Shown here in pieces: positions 10,528 through 22,430 of a stretch of 64,000 bases of DNA; position 1 is the first letter of the stretch; every line of letters starts with the position of its first letter. The notes under the pieces are model-generated. The model ran no database searches and was not told the origin of the DNA. It saw only the letters and a program-made list of their open reading frames with translations. Made by a program: the position numbers and the translations under genes. Source of the stretch: Lama guanicoe (lineage: Eukaryota); contig MU056000.1 of assembly GCA_013239625.1 (NCBI GenBank), positions 10,925,175-10,989,174 on the forward strand, read 5' to 3'.

Positions 10528-13500
10528 CAGGTCATGGCAGGGATGGGCATGTGGGTATACCCTGATTAGGCTGAATCTGGTTGGTTAATAAATTGGTGCC
10601 ATTTAAACAGAATTTTTAAAAATTGTTAATGCATATTTTTAATAGAGGCCAAACCTTCCATGGGAGAAAACTGGAGCTGCCCTTAATTTCTTTCCTGTGG
10701 TGCAGACTGATTCAGCCCCGGTCCCTAGATTGTGCAACTCTCTGAAGTGATCTGGATCTACAGTAGAGACGAAGAATGCTTCCTTTCAATCTCCTGTTCT
10801 CTGAGAAGGGTTTTCTGGGTATTATATTCTCTCTCTGGCTACATTTCTTTAAGGTTTAGGGCTCCAGCAACCCCCCTGCCTGGCTGCCTCTGAATCTAGC
10901 TTTAGTTACATCTGTATTACCTTCTGTTTTAAGTTGGGGCGTCAGAAACCAATTGCATCTCAATGAAGGACCGAACTTCAGTGGAAAACAGCTGTCGGTG
11001 CTCTCCTCTCATCTGCCATTTGGGTCATGAATCTGTCTTCCTGATCCTCCTAGAGCACCATGAGGTCTCACTAAGAAAGGACAGACAGTGAGTGGCTGGG
11101 GGCGTCTGCTGTCCAGCAGCGTGGGACGTTCTTACCATCAGAGCAAAGCGTCATACCCACTAGTTAGAGGAATCCCTCCCATCTGGGCTCTCCCTTCTCC
11201 AGACCACATGCTCTCTGAAGGAAAGAACTAGTGCTCTGGGAGTGGGGTTTTCACACTCCCCACAAGCTGCTGACTTTGAGAGGAGCTGGATAAAGTCTTT
11301 ACAGGAGTGGAATCGTCTAGTGACAACCCCTCAAATGCCTGCAGGCATGTAAGGAGGCAGGAGGAAGGAAGGTCTGCATGGGCAGCTCTGGCATGAAATT
11401 TAGGTGACCTGATTTCTCCCTAGGACTCGTCCCACAGCTACACGTTGTTTCCTTTGGTTACTCAGATCAATTTGAAGATTTCCATGGCTGCTTTCTAGGT
11501 ACAGTGGAAACAGGAGACAGATCCTGAACGGGCTGTATAATTTGTACCCACTTAGTCAGGTCACAGGTGGGAATCAGGAATACACAGGTGTCTTCCTTCT
11601 CATTCCAATAATCAGTGACTATAACGTACCACCTTTTTCAATAATGTAGCTACAGGGAATGATTTTCACTAGAGATTTGACATCAGTTTGTTTTTTTAAT
11701 GTATGACACACACATTTCAATGCCTGAGGGTGTCTCCTACCAATACCTATGCAGACAGCAGTGGGAAATGCAAGTACTAACCTGAACTCTTAATATTGTG
11801 AAGCTGAGGATCCAAATACTTGGAAATAGCCATGGTTTGAATGGATGTGGCATCAGCTGAGAAGTGGGTGCAGCTCATTCGGTCCAAGTCAAGGAGGGCT
11901 GAGGCAGTTAAGTTCTGAGTAAGTATGGTGGGGTGGTGGGAGCCAAACCACACTGTGCAGGAAGTGTCTTGGTGACCATGTTTCTGCACAGTGTGGGGTT
12001 CACTTTCATCTTTCTCTTAGAGCAGGAAGTGACTTTTTCTGCCAAAAGAGCTTTAAAACCCATCCTATCAGCACAGCCTGCAGAAGACTGATGATCCTAC
12101 AGAGAGAACACAGCTGCCAAAGAGAGAGAGAGAGAAAGCACTGGTTCCCACAAAGAGACTGAATGAAGCAGCTGGCAGACACAGAATTCTGAGATCAGAG
12201 AGAAATGCAATGAGGAAACACAGCCAGAGCTAGGATTTTGCATAGAATTTTGGATGAAAGCAAAGCCTTCCATTGAATCAACTGGCAAAGATTCAGTCCT
12301 TAAATGACATACTTTGAGCACATATACTGTGGTTTATTTGCTAAGATTTGTAACACAGGCTTAAAGCTAGATGTGGCCATCCTGTACCATCTCATGTGTG
12401 GTATGAACACCCCAGGGCACTTTGAATAGGGTCTATCCTCAACCAACACTATTTCTTTAGCCCTAATAAAACTTATGTTATGTTCCATCATGAAGAGGAA
12501 CTACAGACTAATTTCAGAAGACTTAAAAAGACTACTAGCAGTAAGGTATGAATTTCAGATCACAACCTCAAGAGCTCTATAATCTAACTTCCATTTTTTT
12601 TAATGAATTTAATTCTGTTTGGAACCCTCATTCCATCACATTGTGGAAATTCAATCTCAGACAATTCAAGCTTATCTCACCACTTCTATCTCTTTTTCCA
12701 TAACTGTATGTCTACGTGCTGAGGGGACTATGTTGTGTTCTTCACTAGGCTGGGATGGGGGGACTGGTTTTCTGTTCGTTTGGCTTCTGTAGCATCACCC
12801 CTGCTCTATTGTCCATCTGGTCCTTGGAGGTCCATCCAAAGTTACTGCTGACTTGCCCCTCAAGCTCAGCTCGCCTCTGCCCTTCTCCCTGTTATTTCAG
12901 GGCCACTGTTTGCAGGATACAGCACTGGACATCACTTGAAGATACCTCCACAGCCCGCCTTGGGAATTTTTCAGTTGTTCATGCTCCACCCTAGGCTGTG
13001 TACCACTTGTGTTTGTCTAGGACCCCATGTGATTAAATGTCCCTACAGCCATCATTACCTGAGGTCTTGCTGTCGCAACTGGGAAGCAAAGAAAAAGGCA
13101 AAGTCCACGCCCCTCCCTGGAGACCCACGAGCCTCTCATTGCTGTGCCTCATCATCTCTTCTGTCTCTAAAGATTAGAAAGACTTTTTTCCTCATTTGTA
13201 GTAAGGGAGAAGGGAAGAGCATAGAGCAGAAAATGGGCTTTTTTTCAGCAAACGTTCTCTCAAATCTACTGTTCATGCTTTTTCTCTGACTGTGGAGCTT
13301 CTGAAATCAGAAAAACTTCTCTGATATCCCTGCTTCCTACTGCAGCTCCACTTCTGGGAGGCAATGGTGCAAAATGTCTGCCTATCTGAATGTGAGAAGG
13401 GCCCAGAAGCAAAGGAAATATTAGCAACACTCAACAATACATTTGCTAATATTGCAAAATGTCAGCATGCCTTGAAACCATATTTAAGAAACTGATTATG

Positions 13501-13769
13501 GTTTTCACAAAATATGAACTTGGTCATTTTCTATAGTTTCTTTTATTCATCTCCATAAAGTTCTAGATTTAGGCAACCTATATAGAATTATTAATATAAA
13601 TATCCCTGGTCTTGGTGGATTCTATAGACTGGAGTTTTGATTCTTGTGTTTACAGTAGGAAATAAAATAATACAAACAACATCTTTTGCAGAGTTTTCTC
13701 TTGGAAAGCTTTATTTGTTTTTTTGCCACCAATTTCCTTCATAGCAAACGAGTGGGTGGGGGATTGGTC

Positions 13770-14090
13770 CAGGATCCAAACTAGATCACACACTGTATTT
13801 AATTCTCATCTCTTTAGTCTCTTTTAAACTGAAATAGTCTTTTCAAGTCTTTTTTCTTTTATGACCTTGACATTTTGAAAGAGTACAAGGCAGTTACTTT
13901 GTAGAATATCCTTTACCTTGGGTTTGTCTGCTATTTCTTCTTGATTAGATTCAAGCTGTGCATTTTTGGCAAGAACACCCAGAGTGATGCTGTGTCTTTC
14001 CCAGTGCATCCTATCATGGGATAAATGATAACCAGTTGTCCAATTTACTGATGATAATAACTTTGATCACTTAGTTAAGATAGTAAAAAG
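13770..14090 (-). mobile_element. Old L1 3' UTR fragment (L1MC-like)
   Basis: atgaccttgacattttgaaagagtacaaggcagttactttgtagaatatcc...ttgggtttgtctg...attagattcaag. Confidence 0.75.
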
Positions 14091-14586
14091 ATCTCATTAT
14101 CTCTATATAGTTAAATACATAACTTGCCCTTTTAATGTGACCCAATTAAACCATGGACCTGGAAACTAAAAAACTTAATATTGAGTCTATGCATTACTGA
14201 GAAGTCAGTTGTTTGGGAATTTTGCCACCCATTATTCACTTCTTGGTAAACATAATTTTAACGTGGTGACAGAAATTTTATCAAATCCAGAAAACTATAT
14301 TTTGAGTAAAATAACCTTTTCTTTTTAACAGAAAAAGCATTTAGAGAAATCTTTATATCTAATTCAAATCTATCTTTCAGGGTTTTTCATTCTTCTTAAA
14401 AATTCACTTAACAGAAAGTGTTTCTAGAGTTGGAAACAGTATTAGAAGAGAAAGCCAATAGAGACTTCAGTACAGTGGAAAAGTAGGAAATGTCAAATAG
14501 AGTTTAGACTTATTGAATCTGTTCACCAAGTCTTCGAAAGAGTTGACAGGCACATAATTTATCTTGATATGGTTAATGTTCCTTTG

Positions 14587-14644
14587 CCTCCTTGAGGAAA
14601 AAAACTACCAAATAACCTCCTTGAGGAAAAAAACTACCAAATAA
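14587..14644. repeat. Perfect tandem duplication, 29 bp x2
   Basis: cctccttgaggaaaaaaactaccaaataa at 14587-14615 and 14616-14644. Confidence 0.95.
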
Positions 14645-15156
14645 CCAAATAAACCATGGGCTGCTTACCAGAGGCAGCTGAAAGATTTGCACCTGCAAAG
14701 TTACACAAAAGTCTTAGATTAGTCAAGAGCCTTAATCCTTTCTGCAGATTTAGGTCCCCCAATTAGGACACTGGCTTAGTAACATTTGACCTGGATGTGT
14801 GACTATTTTGCAAGGGGCATGTGCTCTATTTTAGGATAAAGCTGTCCGTTGCCCAGTTTTGCAGCTGCCAGTCTCTATGGAGGGGAAAAAAAACTACATA
14901 GTTTGCTTTGTGGTGCAGGGAGAGTCAGATCATTGATGGCACGTAGAATGATAAAGGTCATACCAATCTCTTAACAATCCTTATATTTTCATGCCTTCCA
15001 CTCCCTGAGAACTCTTAAATACGTTTTCTTAATTAATTCTTAGAGGACATTTGTGCCTATGGAAACAGAATCTCAGAGCTCAGAGCCGCAGGGCATACTT
15101 GCTACTCACACTACCCCACCAACCCCTGACACTCCGCCCATTTCCTTCACCCGGCT

Positions 15157-15531
15157 GGTATCTGATTCAGCTCTGGCTGCTGCAACAAAGTACCATAGAC
15201 CGGGTGATTTAAACAACAGACATTTACTTCTCACAATTCTGGAGGCTGGAAACCTAAGATTAATGTGCCCACTGATTCTGTTCCTGGTGAGGACCTCTTC
15301 CTGGCTGTCAGACAAATGCCTTCTTGCTGCATTCACAGGATGGAGAGAAGGGCTCTGGTCTTTCTCCCTCTTCTTAGAAGGACACTAATCCCATCATAGA
15401 TGCTCTGCCTTCATGACCCCACCTATTCTTAACCACTTCTCAAAGGCCCTATCTCCTAATGCCATCACAGCCGGGGAGTTAGGGCTTCAACATGTGAATT
15501 TTGGGGAGACTCAACCATTCAGTCCTTAACA
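15157..15531 (-). mobile_element. MaLR solo LTR (MLT1A-like)
   Basis: aacaaagtaccatagaccgggtgatttaaacaacagacatttacttctcacaattctggaggctgg...ttagggcttcaacatgtgaattttgggg. Confidence 0.85.
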
Positions 15532-16755
15532 ACCAACAACGAATTCCTCCACATGTGACCTCCTTCAGGAAGCCTTTCCTGACCTTCCGTTTTGATTTGG
15601 GAGAGCATATGGATCTCCCTACAATCAGATTGCTTGTAACAATGGATCTAAACAACTAGGAGTTTCCAACCTTGCTTACCTAGATGGGTCGATGTGATTA
15701 ATTTTCACCAATAGAATGCGGGCAATTGATGTACAGTTTTGCAAATCTGGCCCCAGATCCCTCCTCTTTTTTCCTCTATCCTTGGTGACTATGGAGCCCA
15801 CATGTGGAGAATAGCCTGAGAGTGACAGAACATTTTGAATACTGCTTTCCATCAAAAGAAAATGCATAGAAAATCCATTTCTTTTATCAAAAAATTACTT
15901 AAATTTTACTACAAATTTACAAGGTAAATTATAGGAACTATCAATGAAGAATTGAAAACAAGTGTTGAAACCATGACATTTAAAACAAAACATAGTAGCA
16001 TGTTAGGTATACATTATCCCCTGAGAAGTGTTTTGTCATTCCAACCTCAACCTAGATTATGTGAATTAACAAACCAGAAATAAGCTCATTTTTCACATTT
16101 AAAACTTTGTATATTGACATGTACAGTGTTTATTCAAAGTCCGCATAAAGATGTTTAATATAGGAGTCACAGTTTTATTTACAGCACTGCAATCGTAGTT
16201 CTATATACTAATCTCTGCATATACTTTCAATAAGCAATGGGCATAATTTTGCAAGCTGTTTGATTTCTTTGGCTAAATTTATTATAGTTATATCTACTGA
16301 AAGGCAATTTTTATGACTGTTAGATCTAGTAATAAAAGATCAAGACTTGTATGTCTTCTTTTCATTTTATTTTTTTCCAGTAATTCATTTAAGTCAAAAT
16401 TTTAAAGTATAAGTCTTTGATAGATTAGGGAAAAAACTAACAAGCCAGCAAAGGGAGTTCTTCCTCACAGACGGTTTGAGAAACACTGAGCTGGCTTTCA
16501 GTCTTGGGGTGCGTGGTGGATGTGCCTCTTTAGTCTAAAGGGGACCAGTGCCACTTCTGGGTAGGACTGGTGGCTGGGGCTGCATGTTACCCACAGATCT
16601 TGGGCATCCAGCTGTGCATAGTAACACGATGGAATTTTGTGTTTTCTTCCTGGGAGATGGCAGTAAGTATACCTCATATGTGGGAAGAATGAAGTTATTT
16701 GCTGACCAAGAAACGGAGACTTTTTTGAAGAAAGTATTCACATTGTAAGAATTCT

Positions 16756-16860
16756 GTGTATGTTCATGTATGACTGAAGCATTATGCTGTACACCAGAAA
16801 TGGACACAGCATTGTAAACTGACTATACTACAATAAAAAAGTATATTTATAAAAAAAAAT
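16756..16860 (+). mobile_element. Very short young L1 3' tip with A-rich tail
   Basis: tatgttcatgtatgactgaag...gctgtacaccagaaatggacacagcattgtaaactgactatactacaataaaaaa; weak TSD aagaattct/aataattct. Confidence 0.8.
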
Positions 16861-16957
16861 AATTCTATTGTGTTAGTGGCAGCAGAGATAAAAAGAAAAT
16901 CCAGAGGTACGTGGGCTGAGACTAGTAACAGCTAAGATTGTCCAAGTTTATTGTAGG

Positions 16958-17139
16958 ACAGGTTCTGTCAAAGCCATGCACTATTGACATTAGATGGAGC
17001 TGGGGACACTGTCCTGTGCACTGTAGTACATTTAGCAGCATCCGTGATCTCCACCCACCGAATTCCAGTAGCAAATGTATCCAGACATGGCCATATGACC
17101 CCAGGGGTCATAACTGCCACCATTGAGAATCATTGGTCT
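16958..17139. mobile_element. MER20 (hAT-Charlie MITE)
   Basis: gcactattgacatt...ctgtcctgtgcactgtag...tttagcagcatcc...ccagacatggcc...ttgagaatcattg. Confidence 0.75.
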
Positions 17140-17159
17140 GAGTGCTTCGCAGCATTATT

Positions 17160-17280
17160 TACCAAGTAGTTACCATTATTACCTTCTTTGGATAGATGAG
17201 GACAATGAGGTGTAGGCTGGTCAGTGAAGTGGCCCACAGCCAAGAAGCTAAGAAGTGGCAGAGCTGGAACTTGAAACATT
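17160..17280. mobile_element. MIR SINE fragment
   Basis: atagatgaggacaatgagg...gtgaagtggcccacag...aagtggcagagctggaacttgaa core motif. Confidence 0.65.
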
Positions 17281-18556
17281 GATGGTTTCACTGGGATAGT
17301 TCACTGGGACCAAGACAATCTGGTCCAGTCTGCCTGAACTTTACCCAGCTTCTATAGCTGAAAGGTGCTGGTGGCTTTAGACCTTTGAATGACACCATTG
17401 CTTTACAGGAAGAACATTGTAGCTGTAGCCTCTTTGTGACCCACTTCAAAGTTTTAAAAGAAATGTCAGGGGTTCGGTAATGGAACTTAACATTTCCCTT
17501 AGCTGCATGCTACTCCTCTGTCTGTCTCTCTCTCTCTTTTTTTCTCTCAGTAAAATGACATATGTAGTTGCCAAATTCAGAAATTTTCCTTCTCTTCCTA
17601 AAACCTACAACCTATTATCAACGTGTGTACTATCAAGCTCATAAATTCAATTTGAAAATAATTTGAAGTAGTAATCTGTCTTTTTGTTCATAAGACTATC
17701 TTGAGAATATTTCCATAGATCAATTAAAAATATTCATTTTCAAAATGAATTTTAATGGCAGCCTTGTATCCCACCTTTGGGACGTACTCTATTTATTTAA
17801 CTAATCCCTATCTCTGGACACTGAAAGGTTTTTTTGCCCTGCTGTTTTGTGCATCATAACAATTTTCTATTTTACTTTTCTGCCACAGAGCCTCAGTCAG
17901 CACCACTATCCAAGGCTTAAATGGAATCTCGTTTGACATAATATCTTACCAGGGGAATCACTGCACAGTTTCCTTGGAGACACAGAGAAAATTTAAGCCC
18001 AAGAGTACAGGAGTAATTCTGAGTCTAGAAAAATCATTTTGGATATAGATTTGAGGCTGAAATGGACAGAAATGAAACTGGATTCATGGAGAAGAGTTAG
18101 AAAGCAACTGAGACCTGATAAGGTTCTGAGATAAGGAAGCGGCAGTGGGAAAAGGCTTAAGAGATATTAAGGAGTAGGATTTACAAGGGCTAGGGCTTGA
18201 TTAGATTACAGGGTTAGGGAGAGGGAGAAGTTTAAGATTAACTTCTGGATCTACACTTGCTTATCATCCCGATTTTAAAAATTAACTGTGGAGGGATAAA
18301 TTGAACTTCAGTTGATTGACAGGAGCAGAAGAAAAATAATCTGAGAACTGTTTTGTCTCCTTGAAATTTAAACCATTTTAATTCCACTTGGGATCAATTC
18401 TGTTATTCATTATAATCCGAAACATTACACTTCTTTAAATCTCTGAATGATGAAAATGGAACTGGTTTCCCCTCTTCCATTTTGTCTTCTATTTTAAAAA
18501 TATGTCTCACTCTTGCACATATGTATTTATCTGGATAGAATAAAAAATTCTTTTTT

Positions 18557-18862
18557 AGAACATAAATACAAAACAGAAACAGACTCATAGACGTAGAATA
18601 CAAACTTGTGGTTGCCAAGGGGGAGGGGGGTGGGAAGGCATAGACTGGGAGTTCAAAATTTGTAGATACTGACAGGCCTTTGTAGACTAGATAAAAAAGA
18701 TTATACTGTATTCCACAGGGAAATATATAAAAGATCTTGTGGTAGCTCACAGAGAAAAAAAATGTGACAATGAATATATGTATGTTCATGTATAACTGAA
18801 AAATTGTTCTCTACACTGGAATTTGACACAACATTGTAAAATGACTATAACTTAAAAAATGT
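18557..18862 (+). mobile_element. 5'-truncated young L1 3' UTR (camelid-type) with TSD
   Basis: Near-identical to 57768-58080; TSD taaaaaattcttttt (18541-18555) / taaaaaattattttt (18863-18877). Confidence 0.92.
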
Positions 18863-18897
18863 TAAAAAATTATTTTTAAAAAATTAATATATTCAAA

Positions 18898-20035
18898 TTT
18901 TTTATTTATTTTATTTTTTATTGAATGAAATAGTCTTTAAATTCTATAATGCCTCATAGTTTTCAAAAGGTTCACACACATGATTTTATACAATTCCATA
19001 ATAACCCTTCTTCCCCCCACTTCTATAGTGCCCCTCCTCCCTTCCTTCTCCCCACTGGTAACTACTAATTTATTCTCTGTATCTATAAATCTGTTACTTT
19101 GTTGTTGTATTCACTAGTTTGTTGTATTTTTTAGGTCTCACATATAAGTGATATTATACAGTATTTGTCTTTCTCTGTCTGACTTATTTCACTTAGCATA
19201 ATGCCCTCCAAGTCCATCCATGTTGCTGCAAATGGCAAAATTTCATTCTTCTTTATGGCTGAGTAATATTCCATCGTGTGTGTGTATGTGTGTGTGTGTA
19301 TCACATCATTTTTTTATCCATTCAACTGTTGATGGACACTTAGATTGCATCTATATCTTGGCTATTATAAATAATGCTGCAATGAACATTGGTGTGCCTA
19401 TTTTCTTTTCAAGTCAGTGTTTTGTTTAATTTGGGTAAAGACCTATAAGTGAAATTGCTGTGTTATATGGCAATTTTATTTTTAATTTTTTGAGGAATCT
19501 CTGTACTGTTTTTCATAGCGATTGCCCTAATTTACAATCCCACTAATAGTGCAACAGGGTTCCCTTTTCTCCACATCCTTTCCAACACTTGTTATTTGTA
19601 GTCTTTTTGAAGATAGCCATTCTAACAGGTATGGGGTGGTATCTCAGTATGGATTTTATTTGTGCTTTCCTGATGAGTGCTTCTGAGCATCTTTTGATGT
19701 CTGTTGGCTACCTGTATGACTTTTTTTTGGAAAAATGTCTATTCATGTCTTCTGCTCATTTTTAAACTCCATTGTTTTTTTATGTTAATATTTATGAGTT
19801 CTTTATATATTTTTGATATTAACCCCTTATTGGTCATATCATTTGCAGATATCTTCTCCCACTCAGTAGGTTGCCTTTTTGTTTTGTTGATGATTTTCAC
19901 TGTGCAGAACTTTTAATTTCGATCAGGTTCCATTTATTCATTTTTGCTTTGTTTCCCTTCCTTGAGGGACAGATCCAAAAAAAAATATTGCTAAGACTAA
20001 TGTCAGAGAGCCCACTGCCTATGTTTTCTTCTGAC
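18898..20035 (-). mobile_element. Older L1: 3' UTR plus end of ORF2
   Basis: T-rich tail, then gtctgacttatttcacttagcataatgccctccaagtccatccatgttgctgcaaatggc... antisense ORF2 3' region. Confidence 0.9.
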
Positions 20036-21419
20036 CTTTATGTTAAAATAAGGAGTTTTGTCTGCCAGTTCTTAGCATTGCATTCGTTTCTCTAAGAGTG
20101 TATTCCCTTTCTAACTTACAGATGACATATATTTCAGACATTACAGTAGATTCTGGGACAAAGCAATCAGAGAGTTACATTTTTATCTCTGTGCCACTTG
20201 ATCTGGCAATTCCCACTGACAGATGTATTTTACACATACATTGTCTTCCAATGTCATTGGAGGAAAAATACAACATTTGTGAAAGAAAGTAATGAGGGAT
20301 AATTTATACATCAATAAGTAGCGCTTCCTCCACTCAAAATATCACCCTCAGAAAACAATAAATGTCTTTTTTATTTTGTTGCCTCTTTCTTAAAGAAAAA
20401 AAAATCCATTACACCGATAGTTTCCCTAATCAACATTTGGAGCATGTATCTAGAGATAATAAGCTTAAAATAGGAAAAGGGAATAATTAAATAGCTGACT
20501 GTAAAAGTTTATTATGCAATTAGTTACATGCACACACTCGCTCATTTTTCATTCTAGACTACTGTTATAATTAGAAAAACTTTAAACGCAAGAAAAAAGA
20601 ACAAAATTATAAAACATGTAGATTTGTTTACAACTCTATGATGATTAATTTACATGATCAGATGAGTAATAAAATGGAAAGTTTCCAATAAAGCAAACCA
20701 CTTAACATCAATTAAAGCCTTCTTTCTAGAGGCAAAAAATACAAAATTTTACTTATCAATCTTGTTTTCAATAACATAGCCTGAAGATATCATGTGACTT
20801 GCCCATTTAACTCTTGAATGAACTCCTCAAGAGATTTAAATTGGAATAATTATCACATCTTGAATTAGAATTATCAAAGTTAATGTTTCCCTAATTTCTG
20901 TCTTTAAAACTAACATAAATCATGTTTTCATGATCCAGATAGTATTATTTTTCTAAGGCAAAGCATTCAAAATGAATGATTTTACTTTAGTCCAGATTGT
21001 ACATAAACCACTCACAAATTATAGTCCTGATATCACAAATCTATATTTATGAGTAAAATAAGATACTGCAAGGCAGATGGCCTAAGTTTAGCTACATTGT
21101 TATAGATATGATATCTAATCCTACTCTACCTGTAGTTTTCTTCTTTGTATACAGTTTTTCTGCCTGTACCATATAGCTTATTTATTTACTTTTATAGTAC
21201 AACAATCATAGAATTTTATTGGGAGGTTTAAAATAAATGGAATATAAATGCATGGCAACAATAATGCAAAATGTAGTGTATCAATGGAGTTGAATATTCC
21301 TGGATTTTAGCATTATACGGAAAGTTTAAAAAAAGGAACAGAGTGCATTTTAGTCAATATTTCAAAATGCATGATGTAAAATGGAAGGCAATCGTTAATA
21401 CACAGTACATGTGAAAGAA

Positions 21420-21780
21420 CAATACAAAATGTATATTGAGACATTCTTAAAAACTTAAAAGGCAAGGCATTTTTTAAACAGGGCACAAAAAGTGCTGACC
21501 ATTAAGGGGAAAAATAATAACTTGAACTATACTGATAATTAAAAATTTATTTATAGAGTGAAAAGGTAAGCTATAGAGTCAGAAAAATATTTTTCATATA
21601 TATGCATATATGAGACTATAACCAAAATGTATAAAGAATCTTATTTCTGCCTGTATCATTTAAATAAAGTTATTCCTATCTCTAAAATTGTGTTTTTTAT
21701 TAACATACAAAACATACTATACACAGAAATCCATTTGATATAAAACATTCATATACATGAAAAATCATATCATGTTATTC
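21420..21780 (+). mobile_element. Old L1M fragment
   Basis: ggcaaggcattttttaaacagggcacaaaaagtgctgaccattaagggg resembles L1ME ORF2/3' region. Confidence 0.5.
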
Positions 21781-22010
21781 AATAATAATAGCTGACATTT
21801 GTTTCAAGTTCTTTACATGCATGTTAAATCTTCTCAATAAAATTATGAGCATTCAATACAACTAACTCTAATTATAGGGGAAGGAATGAAAGTTTAAGGC
21901 TTATGCATACTGATCAAATTCACTCATCTAGAATTATAGAATTGAAGGTTTGAGATGTTCTGAAAAGAAGTCCAATTTTTGAGACCTTATTTTCTTCTCA
22001 CTGGCATTAT
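21780..22010. mobile_element. MIR SINE fragment
   Basis: aataataatagctgacattt...ctttacatgcatg. Confidence 0.5.
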
Positions 22011-22021
22011 CTCAGACACTC

Positions 22022-22430
22022 TGTGTTGAAACTCAGTACCCTCCCTGCGTTCTAAGCACCTTTTCATATTGCAGGGGTAGAAAGCCCAGTCTTCCTTGTC
22101 AGCAGGGTTCCATTTCGACTCCGCCATTTAGAGGTTCTTAGTGAGATTTGGGAGTTGGGAGATAAGGAGCGTCTATGTTCCAGCGGCAGATGTCGATAGA
22201 ATGTTGCAAACGGCTTCTTGGTGACCTCTAAGAATCGCCTAATGCCATGCTGCCAGCACCTGAGCTCATGCAATGCCTGCTTTCTGGGATCCCAGCACTC
22301 TGATCTCCTCTTGCTAATAGCAGCTTCCCTGATTTTCACTCCTCCAGCCTTTCCGATGACTGTGTAAGCCTCTAATGCCTACACATATCAACAGTGGTTT
22401 CCAATTTCCTGACTGAAGCTCTTGGACACA
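22022..22430 (+). mobile_element. 5' LTR of ERVL provirus (LTR33-like)
   Basis: Homologous to 27557-27992 (gtgagatttgg core, similar 3' end); directly precedes the ERVL leader. Confidence 0.65.
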
